From an uncultured SAR86 cluster bacterium (lineage in GTDB: Bacteria > Pseudomonadota > Gammaproteobacteria > Magnimaribacterales > AG-339-G14): a DNA stretch of 64,000 bases. The stretch is from assembly GCA_902563105.1 (NCBI GenBank), contig CACEVU010000002.1, positions 136,618 to 200,617 of the forward strand, read 5' to 3'. Below the pieces are notes generated by a model. The model was not told where the DNA came from, did no database searches, and worked only from the letters and a program-made list of their open reading frames with translations. How positions within the stretch are numbered: position 1 is the stretch's first letter; each line of letters begins with the position of its first letter. Position numbers and translations under genes: made by a program. Below are positions 17,605 through 27,435 of this stretch, piece by piece.

Positions 17605-18564
17605 CATCTTTGTAATTTTTATATCTTTTGCAATTTTTATAATACAAACAGAGCCCTTTTTTGAGTTAGTACCCCAGCTATATTTAGCTTTAGGTGTTTT
17701 GCTATCTTTTAAAAACTTTTTAAAAAACAGATTTACTACTTTTGCATTTGGTTGATTGAATTGATTCAAATCTATCCAATATAAAAAAACGCCTTTTTGC
17801 CTTGCTAGTGGAAGGTTTAAAAGCTTTTTAATAGAAATTTGATTCTTTTTTACTTTCACTTGATCAAAATCTATTTTTCTTTGAATAGAAAGTAGATCTT
17901 TTGCTTCTCTTAAATTTTCAATTAATTGTTTTAAATTTTTTCTATAAGACGGCCATCTTTTTTCTAATTCAGGTAATACAATATTTCTAATGTAGTTTCG
18001 GTCAAAGGAATTGTCTCTGTTAGATAAATCATTAACAAATTTCAACTTATCTTCTTTAGCTTTTTTTAAGATTTCAGATTTAGTCAAATCAAGAAATGGT
18101 CTGATAATTTTTCCCCCACCTAAGTTTCTTTCCTTTGGAATCGAAGTTAAACCTTCTAATCTAGTTCCTCTCATTGAACGAAGAAAAAAGGTTTCTATTG
18201 TGTCGTCTAAATGATGTCCCATAAAAAGAATAGAGTTTTTATCTAGAATACTTTCAAAGATTTTATACCTTTCATCTCTCAATTTTTTTTCTAAGTTTGA
18301 AAAATCTGTTTTCTTTTGCAAGGTACGAGAAAAATATTTAATATGATTTTTACGACAAAATTCAGAACAGAAATTTTTCCATTTCAAAGAGTTTTTTTGA
18401 ATATTGTGATTTATATGAATAGCTGAAAGTTTTATGTCATAGTTTTCTCTTATTTTTAACAACTCATTTAGTAAAACAAATGAGTCCACTCCTCCGCTCA
18501 AAGCCACATAATAAGTTTTATTTGTTTTCTTTAAATAAGGTTTTAAGAGTTCAGAAAAATCCAT
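17596..18564 (-). CDS. tilS: tRNA(Ile)-lysidine synthase, short form
   Basis: PP-loop VALSGGVDSFVL and MGHHLDDTIETFFLR. Lies downstream of accA, the conserved position. Only 322 aa. Confidence 0.85.
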   Translation of the reverse strand: MDFSELLKPYLKKTNKTYYVALSGGVDSFVLLNELLKIRENYDIKLSAIHINHNIQKNSLKWKNFCSEFCRKNHIKYFSRTLQKKTDFSNLEKKLRDERYKIFESILDKNSILFMGHHLDDTIETFFLRSMRGTRLEGLTSIPKERNLGGGKIIRPFLDLTKSEILKKAKEDKLKFVNDLSNRDNSFDRNYIRNIVLPELEKRWPSYRKNLKQLIENLREAKDLLSIQRKIDFDQVKVKKNQISIKKLLNLPLARQKGVFLYWIDLNQFNQPNAKVVNLFFKKFLKDSKTPKAKYSWGTNSKKGSVCIIKIAKDIKITKMSA

Positions 18565-19518
18565 TCACTTCTGAATTGATCCATAAGACATGATTTTTTT
18601 ATATCTCTGCTCTATTAACTCATCAATGCTTATTTCATTTAGCCGTTTTAGATTATCATTAATTTCTTGTGCAATAAGAGAAGAAGCTTTTTTGGAATCT
18701 CTATGAGCGCCTCCCAGAGGTTCTTCAATAATATTGTCTATTAAGCCAAAATCTAGAAGATTTTTAGCATCCAACTTCATTGCCTCTGCAGCCTCTTGTG
18801 CTTTAGCATTATCTCGCCAGACTATTGAAGCGCAAGCTTCCGGCGAAGCAACAGAGTAAATTGAATATTGCATCATTGAAATATGATCACCAACGCCAAT
18901 CGCTAGGGCGCCTCCAGATCCCCCTTCTCCAGTGATGATGACAATTATCGGTACTTTTAAAGCAGACATCACACTTAAATTTTTCGCAATAGCTTCACTC
19001 ATCCCTCTTTCTTCGCTTTCAATTCCAGGATAAGCCCCAGGAGTATCGATAAATGTAATTATTGGCAAAGAAAAATCTTCTGCTAATTTCATTAAACGTG
19101 ATGCTTTACGGTAACCTTCCGGTTGTGACATACCAAAGTTTCTCGAAATTTTATCTGCCGTTGATTTTCCTTTTTCATGCCCAATAATAACAACTGGCTG
19201 TCCTTTGAATTTTGCAGGACCACCAATAATTGCTTGATCATCGCCAAACAGTCTATCTCCATGCAACTCGTCGAAATCTGTAAAAATATTTTCTATATAG
19301 TCAGAAAAGTGAGGTCTATGAGGATGTCGGGCTACCTGAACTTTCTGCCAAATTGAAAGACCCTCATAAATTTCTTTAGTTAAATTTTCAATTTTCAAAC
19401 TCAAAGAAGATATTTCATTGTGGACGCTTTCTTCATTAGTTTTATTTTCTCTAAGTGATTCTATTTTGTTTTCTAAATCACTGATTGGTTTTTCAAATTC
19501 TAAATAGGTATAAGCCAT
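18565..19518 (-). CDS. accA: Acetyl-CoA carboxylase carboxyltransferase alpha subunit
   Basis: Collinear with E. coli AccA: ARHPHRPHFSDY, RNFGMSQPEGYRKASRLM, FIDTPGAYPG, GEGGSGGALAIGVGD. Confidence 0.97.
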   Translation of the reverse strand: MAYTYLEFEKPISDLENKIESLRENKTNEESVHNEISSLSLKIENLTKEIYEGLSIWQKVQVARHPHRPHFSDYIENIFTDFDELHGDRLFGDDQAIIGGPAKFKGQPVVIIGHEKGKSTADKISRNFGMSQPEGYRKASRLMKLAEDFSLPIITFIDTPGAYPGIESEERGMSEAIAKNLSVMSALKVPIIVIITGEGGSGGALAIGVGDHISMMQYSIYSVASPEACASIVWRDNAKAQEAAEAMKLDAKNLLDFGLIDNIIEEPLGGAHRDSKKASSLIAQEINDNLKRLNEISIDELIEQRYKKIMSYGSIQK

Positions 19519-19520
19519 TT

Positions 19521-22500
19521 CTATCTCATGCGATATTGAAAATCGATATTATCTTTTCCACAATTCTCTACGAGTTTATCCATATTATCGTCATTCAAAA
19601 TAATTTTAAAATCTTTATCTAGTTCAATATTAGCTGACCCTGTATTAAGATTATATTGCATTTCAATTTGACTTCCCTGGAGATTATTATCCAACGATGC
19701 TATGGCTTTTAAATTTTCAATTATATTAAGAACATCTTTTTTTTCTTGACTTTCAATATTAATTTTTAATTTAGTCACAGATTTTATTCTAGCTTCTTCA
19801 AGGGATTTAATATCTGTTACTCTCATTTTTTTTTGTATTCCAATATTTTTCTTCTTAACATCTTTTTCAAAACTTACTTCTCCGGATGCAATATAAATTG
19901 TTTGAGCATTTAAATTTCCTTCAAAACTTTCTAGTACATCTGATGAAATTACTAATTCAATCCTATCGCTTCCATCGTCTAAAGTCGCAAATACCAGTGG
20001 GCCTCTTCTCGTTTGAATTCTATTCTGACGAATTACGACGCCCGAGATAGTATTTAATGTTTCTTCCAGAACATTTTTAATTGAACCTGTACCTAATTTT
20101 TTTAATTGCCAATTATGATCCTTATTTGGGTGAGTTTTTAAATAAAAGCCTAAAGCTGAAAATTCAAACTTAGAATTAGCATAATCAATATGTTCATCTT
20201 TTGTAACAGGTAAAAATTGATTACTCTCGCTGATTCCTCCAAAAAGATCTGATATTCCACTTTCTTGGGTCAGACTGTTTTGTCTCGCATATTTCATCGC
20301 ATCTTCCAAGCTATCTAACATAGCTTTTCTTGATGTACTAAAAGAATCCATGGCTCCACTTTTTATGAGTGGCTCAATGCCTCTTTTATCAACTTTACTC
20401 AAATTAACTCTGGAACAAAAATCATAAAGATTTTCAAAGGGTCTTTGCTCTCTCTCTGATATGATATTCTCAATAGCTGCTTTTCCCAGGCCTTTGATTG
20501 CTCCAAGCCCAAATAAAATATCATTATCTCCCGAAGCAGAAAAATTGAAATGACTTACATTTATATCTGGCTTAAGGATTTCAATTTCAAAATTTTTGCA
20601 ATCATCTAAAAGCATTCTTACTCTTTCTGAATCGTCCATATCTGATGATAAGGCTGCACTCAAAAATTCGACTGGGTAGTGAGCCTTTAACCAGGCCGTT
20701 TGAAAAGCAATCAATCCATATCCGGCTGAATGGGCCTTATTGAATCCATATCCGGCAAAAGTTTGGATTTGGTCGAATAGTCCCTCTGCTGCTCTTTCTA
20801 TTTTTCCCCTTTTCAAGGCTCCATTTATGAATTCTGGCCTTTGTCTTTCCATCTCTTCTGGAATTTTTTTTCCCATAGCCCGTCTCAAAAGATCTGCTTG
20901 TGCCAAAGAAAAACCAGAATATTCTTGTGCGAGTTGCATGACTTGTTCCTGATAAACAATAACTCCATAAGTATTTTTTAATACCTTTTCTATATCCTTA
21001 TCGCTTAAATAATCTGTTTTTTCGGATCCATTTTTTCTTTTTATAAAGGTATCCACCATCCCAGCGTCTAAGGGTCCTGGACGGTATAAAGCTACTACAG
21101 AAATAATATCTTCAAATGATGATGGTTTAATTTTAACCAAGTACTCTTTCAAACCCCTAGATTCCAATTGAAAAACTGCAGTTGTAAGTCCGCTTTGAAG
21201 AAGTTCAAAAGTCTGCCTGTCCTCGAGATCTATTTGATCAATTTCAATTAAATCTAAATCAAGACTTTTTCTTTTTTTATTTATAAGATGCAATGCCTCT
21301 TTTATAATCGTAAGCGTTCTCAAGCCAAGGAAATCAAATTTTTGAAGACCTACTAGCTCGATATCCTTCATATCAAACTGTGTCGCTAAAGTATCAGTAG
21401 TTTCATCTAAATAAAGGGGTGAAAAATCGTTAATCTCTGATGGCGCAATTACAACTCCTGCGGCATGTTTGCCTACGTTTCTAATGATGCCCTCAAGTTT
21501 TCTTGCCATATCGAAAATTTCTCCAGCTTGCTCATCAGTTTTTAATGCCCTTTTCAGATCATTACTCTCCAATGCTTTTTCGAGGGTCATGTCGGGAGAA
21601 AACGGAATCATTTTTGCTAGTTTATCGGCAAGTCCATAGGATTTGCCCTGAGCTCTTGCTACATCTCTAACAACTGCTCTAGCTGCCATCGTGCCAAAAG
21701 TACAGATTTGAGCAACAGCTTTCTTGCCATATTTTTGTGTAACATAATCAATGACTCTATCTCTTCCATCCTTACAAAAATCAATATCAAAATCAGGGTT
21801 ACTAATCCTATCTGGATTAAGAAATCTTTCAAAAAGCAAACCATATTTCAAAGGATCTATTCCAGTAATACCTAAACAATAAGCTACCAAAGATGCAGCG
21901 CCAGATCCTCTGCCCGGTCCAACGGGAACATTATTTTCCTGAGCCCAATTTACAAAGTCAGAAACAACTAGGAAATAGCCCGAATAACCCATGTTAGAAA
22001 TAACATCTAATTCAAAATCAAGTCTTTCTAAATATTTATTTTTATCATGTTCAGAAAGATGCTCAATTTTATCTTTCAATTTATCTTTTGAAGTTTCTAT
22101 AAGATGTTCTGAAGCTGTTTTTTTAAACGGAGTTTCGAAATCAGGCAAAACGTAAATACCTGTTTCAACTTCCAAATTACATTTTTTTGATATCTCATAA
22201 GCATTACCAAGTACCTCAGGAATATCGCTAAATTTTTCATTCATTTCTTCGGGAGACAAAAAATATTGATCTTCAAAATATATTCTTGATCTTTTGGAAT
22301 CACTCAACACTTCTCCATTTTGAATACAAACTCTTGTTTCATGAGCTTCATAGTCCTCTTTATTGATAAATCTAACTTCATTAGTCGCAACTACAGGTAT
22401 TCCTAATTCACCTGCTTTAGAAAGAATGAAATCGTTATACAAATCTTCTTGTGGCCTATTTATTCTAGATATTTCTAAAACAAAATCTTCACCATAAATT

Positions 22501-22982
22501 TTTTGGAAATATTTAACCCTTTTCAAAAATAGCTCTTCATTATTATCAAGTACAGATTTTCCAATGTGTCCTCTAAATCCGCCTGATAATGCAATTAGCC
22601 CTTTTGAATATTCCGATAACCAGGCACTCTCTACAACGGGTAGTCCTGAGTTTTTTCCTTCAATTTGAGATTTTGATATTATTTTTATTAAATTCTTGTA
22701 ACCAATTTTATTTTTTGCTAGCAAGGTAAAATTCGCATGTTCGTGATGAGATGAACTATCTTTAACATGATTAATTTCTGCACCCGCAATTGGTTTTATA
22801 TTTTGAGCTCTTATCGATTTATAAAATTTCATGAAACCGAAAAGATTTGATGAATCTGTAAGCGCTAAACTTTCATAACCATGTTGTTTTGTCTTTTCTG
22901 CTAAATTATCAATTTTTACAATACTGTCTAATATTGAATATTCACTATGTATATTTAAATGAGAAAACGAACTATGTGACAT
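19521..22982 (-). CDS. dnaE: DNA polymerase III alpha subunit
   Basis: 1153 aa with an N-terminal PHP domain (HLNIHSEYSILDS), GPGRGSGAASLVAYCLGIT, PDFDIDF, and a C-terminal OB fold. Confidence 0.97.
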   Translation of the reverse strand: MSHSSFSHLNIHSEYSILDSIVKIDNLAEKTKQHGYESLALTDSSNLFGFMKFYKSIRAQNIKPIAGAEINHVKDSSSHHEHANFTLLAKNKIGYKNLIKIISKSQIEGKNSGLPVVESAWLSEYSKGLIALSGGFRGHIGKSVLDNNEELFLKRVKYFQKIYGEDFVLEISRINRPQEDLYNDFILSKAGELGIPVVATNEVRFINKEDYEAHETRVCIQNGEVLSDSKRSRIYFEDQYFLSPEEMNEKFSDIPEVLGNAYEISKKCNLEVETGIYVLPDFETPFKKTASEHLIETSKDKLKDKIEHLSEHDKNKYLERLDFELDVISNMGYSGYFLVVSDFVNWAQENNVPVGPGRGSGAASLVAYCLGITGIDPLKYGLLFERFLNPDRISNPDFDIDFCKDGRDRVIDYVTQKYGKKAVAQICTFGTMAARAVVRDVARAQGKSYGLADKLAKMIPFSPDMTLEKALESNDLKRALKTDEQAGEIFDMARKLEGIIRNVGKHAAGVVIAPSEINDFSPLYLDETTDTLATQFDMKDIELVGLQKFDFLGLRTLTIIKEALHLINKKRKSLDLDLIEIDQIDLEDRQTFELLQSGLTTAVFQLESRGLKEYLVKIKPSSFEDIISVVALYRPGPLDAGMVDTFIKRKNGSEKTDYLSDKDIEKVLKNTYGVIVYQEQVMQLAQEYSGFSLAQADLLRRAMGKKIPEEMERQRPEFINGALKRGKIERAAEGLFDQIQTFAGYGFNKAHSAGYGLIAFQTAWLKAHYPVEFLSAALSSDMDDSERVRMLLDDCKNFEIEILKPDINVSHFNFSASGDNDILFGLGAIKGLGKAAIENIISEREQRPFENLYDFCSRVNLSKVDKRGIEPLIKSGAMDSFSTSRKAMLDSLEDAMKYARQNSLTQESGISDLFGGISESNQFLPVTKDEHIDYANSKFEFSALGFYLKTHPNKDHNWQLKKLGTGSIKNVLEETLNTISGVVIRQNRIQTRRGPLVFATLDDGSDRIELVISSDVLESFEGNLNAQTIYIASGEVSFEKDVKKKNIGIQKKMRVTDIKSLEEARIKSVTKLKINIESQEKKDVLNIIENLKAIASLDNNLQGSQIEMQYNLNTGSANIELDKDFKIILNDDNMDKLVENCGKDNIDFQYRMR

Positions 22983-23532
22983 CTATTACTGGTTTAAAAC
23001 TTTTTCTATGTTCTTTTGTTGATCCTAAAGATTTTAAAATATTTAAATGAGCTTTTGTTGGATATCCTTTATTTTTTTCAAACAAAAAATTTGGATAAAT
23101 CTTGCCATATTCTTTCATTAAATTATCTCTATAAACTTTAGCAATAATTGAAGCGGCCATTACTTCAGGTATTTTAGTATCAGCTTTGATAAGTGCTCTG
23201 CAAGGATGCTTCACATCAGGAATATCCACACCATCAATAATTAAATGTAAATTTTTTAGTTTCAAGCCAATGATTGCTCTTTTCATAGCAAGTAAACTAG
23301 CCTGCCGAATATTTATAGAATCTATTTCTTCTACAGAAGCTAAGCCAAAGCAATATTTAAATGCTTGCTCTTTAATTGTTTCTGCGAGGACAATTCTTTT
23401 GTTTGCAGATACTTGTTTTGAATCATTAAGGCCATTTATTTTTTTCTTTCCTAAAATTACAGCTGCAGCTATAACTGGTCCGGCAATACACCCCCTACCT
23501 ACCTCATCAACACCCGCTAGATATTTGATCAT
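22972..23532 (-). CDS. rnhB: Ribonuclease HII
   Basis: GVDEVGRGCIAGPV, DSKQVS, and conserved position between lpxB and dnaE. Confidence 0.93.
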   Translation of the reverse strand: MIKYLAGVDEVGRGCIAGPVIAAAVILGKKKINGLNDSKQVSANKRIVLAETIKEQAFKYCFGLASVEEIDSINIRQASLLAMKRAIIGLKLKNLHLIIDGVDIPDVKHPCRALIKADTKIPEVMAASIIAKVYRDNLMKEYGKIYPNFLFEKNKGYPTKAHLNILKSLGSTKEHRKSFKPVIDVT

Positions 23533-24644
23533 GAAGATAGAAGTTTATTTATGGCATCAGAGAATTTACTTTTATCTTTGACCAATAAAGTTTCTCTTAA
23601 AGAAGTTAATTTTGATGCAATATCTTGTCTTTTCTTAAAAGTAATTATGACTTTTTTAAGGATTTCATTGCCAGTAACTTCGTTTTGTCTGAGTTCAAAA
23701 ACCACTTGCGCTTGGGAAAGGATGTTTGGCAAGGCTATAAATTTTGTTTTCAGAAAGAAGTTAGAAAGAATAAAATTGCTGAAAAAATTACTTTTGTAAA
23801 TGACTACCATAGGTTTAGCTAAAATTGACGCCTCGAGAGTTGCTGTTCCAGAAGCAACGACTGCTATGTCACAAGCAGCTAGTACTTTCTGAGAATTATT
23901 AAAAATTACTGAACAGTCTTTTGAAGTTTTTTTTAGTTTTTTTGTAAAATCAGACTTTTTGTTCAATGCCAAAATAATTTCCGCATCGGGAGATTCTTTT
24001 TTGTACTTGCTTATAAAATCTATAAGAGGTCCCTCATGATGTTTAATCTCAGAATTTCTACTTCCAGGTAAAATGGCTATAATTTTTTTTTCACTAGAAA
24101 TTTTTAATTCTTCTCTCAAATTAAAATCCATAGATCGATCAAGCAACTGCTCCGCGAGAGGATGGCCAACAAAAAAATGATTTACGTTATGTTTTTTTAA
24201 TAGTTCTGATTCGAAAGGAAAAAGAGATAGGATCGTATCATAAAGATAGTTAAATTTTTTAACTCGATCATATCGCCAAGCCCAAAATTGAGGACAAACA
24301 TATTGGACGGTTTTAATATTTGTAGTCTTTTTTAAGGCTTTACAAATTCCGCTATTGAATGACGGGCTATCTATTCCAATAAATATATCAGGCTCTTCTT
24401 TTTTTAAAAAGTTTATAAATTCACGCCTTCTTTTTAAAATCTTTTTTAAATTTAAAAGGGGATCAATTAAGCCCATGTAAGATATTTCTTTTAGCGGGAA
24501 GAAACTCTTTAAGCCCGCGCTTTCCATTAATGATCCCCCAACGCCAATAAAACTTATTGAGTCATTATCTCTTTTAAGCTCTTTAAGAAGATTGTAGCCC
24601 AGTAAGTCTCCAGATTTTTCACCAGCACAAACAGCTATTTTCAA
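23529..24644 (-). CDS. lpxB: Lipid-A-disaccharide synthase
   Basis: MKIAVCAGEKSGDLLG N-terminus, LPGSRNSEI, 371 aa, downstream of lpxA. Confidence 0.93.
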   Translation of the reverse strand: MKIAVCAGEKSGDLLGYNLLKELKRDNDSISFIGVGGSLMESAGLKSFFPLKEISYMGLIDPLLNLKKILKRRREFINFLKKEEPDIFIGIDSPSFNSGICKALKKTTNIKTVQYVCPQFWAWRYDRVKKFNYLYDTILSLFPFESELLKKHNVNHFFVGHPLAEQLLDRSMDFNLREELKISSEKKIIAILPGSRNSEIKHHEGPLIDFISKYKKESPDAEIILALNKKSDFTKKLKKTSKDCSVIFNNSQKVLAACDIAVVASGTATLEASILAKPMVVIYKSNFFSNFILSNFFLKTKFIALPNILSQAQVVFELRQNEVTGNEILKKVIITFKKRQDIASKLTSLRETLLVKDKSKFSDAINKLLSS

Positions 24645-24653
24645 GATAATCCC

Positions 24654-25424
24654 CTACCGTACGATGCTTCTGTCGGAATAAGAGATGCTTTCAATAAAAA
24701 GCTTCATTTCTTTAATATCTTTGAACTTAGATATAATTTCTTTTTTTGCTTCATCAAATTTATTTTTTCTAAGGTATAAAATCTTATAAGACTCTTTTAA
24801 GGCTTCGCTAGCCTCATTAGAAAGACCTTGTCTTTGAATGCCAACTGTATTTAGACCTCTTGGAATTGCTGGATTGCCGCTGACTCTTACATAAGCAGGG
24901 ACATCCTTAGTGATAATAGTTCCAAGAGCACTAAAACTATAACTCCCTATATTGCAAAATTGATGAACTAAAGTAAAGCCACTTAATCTTGCTCCTTTAC
25001 TTACTTTAACTACTCCGGCAACTCCCGCATTGTTTGTCATGACAATATCATCCTCCAAGGTGCAGTCATGTGCCACGTGGGTATAAGCCATAAGTAAATT
25101 GTTATTTCCAATTATGGTCCTAGAGTTTTCCTGGACTGTACCCCTATTGATCGTTGAACCTTCTCTAATTTCATTGTTATCACCTATTTCAAGAAAAGTT
25201 TCTTCTCCATTGTATTTTAAATCTTGTGGATCTCCACCAATGCTAGCAAATGGGAAAATGTGGTTATTTTTCCCAATATTTGTATTCTTATGAATAAAGA
25301 CATTTCCCTCAATTTTAGTTCCTGCTTCGATTACTACATTAGGGCCTACAACAGTATATGGACCTATTGAAACGTCTTGGTCTATGTTGGCAGTTGAATC
25401 TATCTGAGCAGATGGATGGATCAT
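24654..25424 (-). CDS. lpxA: UDP-N-acetylglucosamine O-acyltransferase
   Basis: MIHPSAQID start, hexapeptide repeats, GGDPQDLKY, 256 aa. Confidence 0.95.
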   Translation of the reverse strand: MIHPSAQIDSTANIDQDVSIGPYTVVGPNVVIEAGTKIEGNVFIHKNTNIGKNNHIFPFASIGGDPQDLKYNGEETFLEIGDNNEIREGSTINRGTVQENSRTIIGNNNLLMAYTHVAHDCTLEDDIVMTNNAGVAGVVKVSKGARLSGFTLVHQFCNIGSYSFSALGTIITKDVPAYVRVSGNPAIPRGLNTVGIQRQGLSNEASEALKESYKILYLRKNKFDEAKKEIISKFKDIKEMKLFIESISYSDRSIVR

Positions 25425-25861
25425 TTTGGGCGATCAGCGCAAAGAACTATCGCAGAACAAATAAACTTATCATCTACATGAGCTTTGCAATCGAACTTCC
25501 AAATTCCTGCTTTTTCTGAGATTTTAGTTGATTCCAAAGTAAGTTTGTCACCAGGTATTACTGGATTTTTGAAACGTAATTTATCTGCCCCTACAAAATA
25601 ATACATAGAGCCTTCATCAGGAGTTTTGTTCATTGAAACAAAGCCTAATATTCCTGATGCTTGTGCTAAAGCTTCAAGAATAAGAACTCCTGGCATAACA
25701 GACCTATTTGGAAAATGTCCCAAAAAAAAAGGTTCGCTATTAGTGATGTTTTTGTAGGCCTTTACGTATTTGTGTTCCTCTAATTCTTCAACTCTATCAA
25801 CAAGTAAAAAAGGATATCGATGAGGAAGTAAAGTTTTAATTTTTTCAATATCAATCATCAA
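25421..25861 (-). CDS. fabZ: 3-hydroxyacyl-ACP dehydratase
   Basis: [34 protein letters not shown]. Confidence 0.96.
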   Translation of the reverse strand: MMIDIEKIKTLLPHRYPFLLVDRVEELEEHKYVKAYKNITNSEPFFLGHFPNRSVMPGVLILEALAQASGILGFVSMNKTPDEGSMYYFVGADKLRFKNPVIPGDKLTLESTKISEKAGIWKFDCKAHVDDKFICSAIVLCADRPK

Positions 25862-26825
25862 ACCGCTTTTTTTGAATAGTAATATGCTTCAACCATTTAG
25901 AATGCTCCAAAACTATAGAACCTCCAGAATACGTGCCAGGTTTTTTTATTGATTTTGTAACATAAGTCATAGGGTTAATTCTTACTTTACTTTCTATTTT
26001 AATATTATCAACAATTCCGCAACCGCCGCCTATTAAACAGTTTTCTCCAATAACTGTGCTTCCAGCAATTGCTGTTTTTGCACCTATTATCGTATCCTTA
26101 CCAATATTACAATTATGCGCAATGTGTACTTGATTATCGAGTTTAACTCCTTCACCTATGAATGTTGTTCCAAGGGAGCCTCTATCTATGGTGCATGAGG
26201 CTCCAATTTCAACATTATCTTTCAGCTCAACATTTCCCAAATGCTCTATTTTTTCCCAAGAATCTTTCGTTTTAGCAAATCCCAGTCCATCAGAGCCCAA
26301 AACTGAGTTGGCATGGATAATATTTTTTTTACCAATTTTAGTGTCATGGTATATGCATACATTGGGGTGTAAATAACTATCCGCTTTTATCTCAACATTA
26401 TTTCCGATGAAACATCCGGAATTGATTCTTACTCCGTTGTCAATTCTTACGTTTTCTCCTATAAAAACATTTTTTCCAATTTGAATATCTTGATCATCGT
26501 AAGAAGTTGATTTACTTTCCTCTGGTAAGTTATTTCTGAGATTTCCAGATAATAATTTAGTCAGTTTAGCGTAGGCTTCGTGACCGTTAGAAACGACTAT
26601 ATAATCGGTCCTACAAAATTTACTAAATTCCTCGGTTATTATTACCGCAGAGGCAGATGTCTTTTCTAAATCTTTTATAAATTTCTTGTTATAAATAAAA
26701 GAAATTGAATCACTGTCTGCTTCTTGCAAGGTTTTTAAGCTGAGGATTTCTTTTGAGCCATCTCCAGATAATTTACCCTTAAGCAAATTCGATATCTCAG
26801 AAAGTTTGAAAGTTTTTTTTATCAA
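25851..26825 (-). CDS. lpxD: UDP-3-O-acylglucosamine N-acyltransferase
   Basis: Hexapeptide repeat core, 324 aa, conserved position between skp and fabZ. Confidence 0.92.
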   Translation of the reverse strand: MIKKTFKLSEISNLLKGKLSGDGSKEILSLKTLQEADSDSISFIYNKKFIKDLEKTSASAVIITEEFSKFCRTDYIVVSNGHEAYAKLTKLLSGNLRNNLPEESKSTSYDDQDIQIGKNVFIGENVRIDNGVRINSGCFIGNNVEIKADSYLHPNVCIYHDTKIGKKNIIHANSVLGSDGLGFAKTKDSWEKIEHLGNVELKDNVEIGASCTIDRGSLGTTFIGEGVKLDNQVHIAHNCNIGKDTIIGAKTAIAGSTVIGENCLIGGGCGIVDNIKIESKVRINPMTYVTKSIKKPGTYSGGSIVLEHSKWLKHITIQKKRFDD

Positions 26826-26830
26826 ACTTC

Positions 26831-27355
26831 CTATTTTCGTTCTTTGTTTATCAGGTCAACAACTTCAGGAGTTAAGTTTATTTTTTCGTCAGTCCTGTCA
26901 AAAGCAAGTAATGCTTGAGAGTTTAAAAGCATCTTTATTTTTTTTGCTTTTATTAACTCATTAACAACTTTTTGAACTATTTCGGCTTGATCTGCTTGGA
27001 GTTTTTGGGTTACTTCCTGTTCTTTAGCTTGTATTTGTTGAGATAAAAGTTGAATGCTTTGATAAAGAGTTTGGACCTTTTTTAAAATTTCTTCTTTTTC
27101 TTCATCAGAAAGAGTAGATTCCTCTTTTTGCAGCCTTTCAGCTAATTTGATTCTTTCACTGTCTTTAGATTGGGCTTCATCTGTGAGGTCCTTATAATCA
27201 GAAGAGTCTCTTAAATCATCAATTCTTTCTCTAGCAAGATCAGTTCCAAGAAAAATGGCGTTATAGTCAATTACAGCAATTCCTTCCATCAGAAATGAAA
27301 TATTGCTAAAAAGTACTAATGAAATTAAAACAGTTATTTTTTTTATGATACTCAT
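26831..27355 (-). CDS. skp: Periplasmic chaperone Skp (OmpH)
   Basis: Signal peptide plus long coiled-coil, 174 aa, between bamA and lpxD. Confidence 0.85.
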   Translation of the reverse strand: MSIIKKITVLISLVLFSNISFLMEGIAVIDYNAIFLGTDLARERIDDLRDSSDYKDLTDEAQSKDSERIKLAERLQKEESTLSDEEKEEILKKVQTLYQSIQLLSQQIQAKEQEVTQKLQADQAEIVQKVVNELIKAKKIKMLLNSQALLAFDRTDEKINLTPEVVDLINKERK

Positions 27356-27435
27356 TTAAAAACCCCTCTACCTATGTTCTTAATTAAAAAAGGTATTGAA
27401 TTTTAACCTTTTGCTAGGAAAAATTCCTATTTTTT

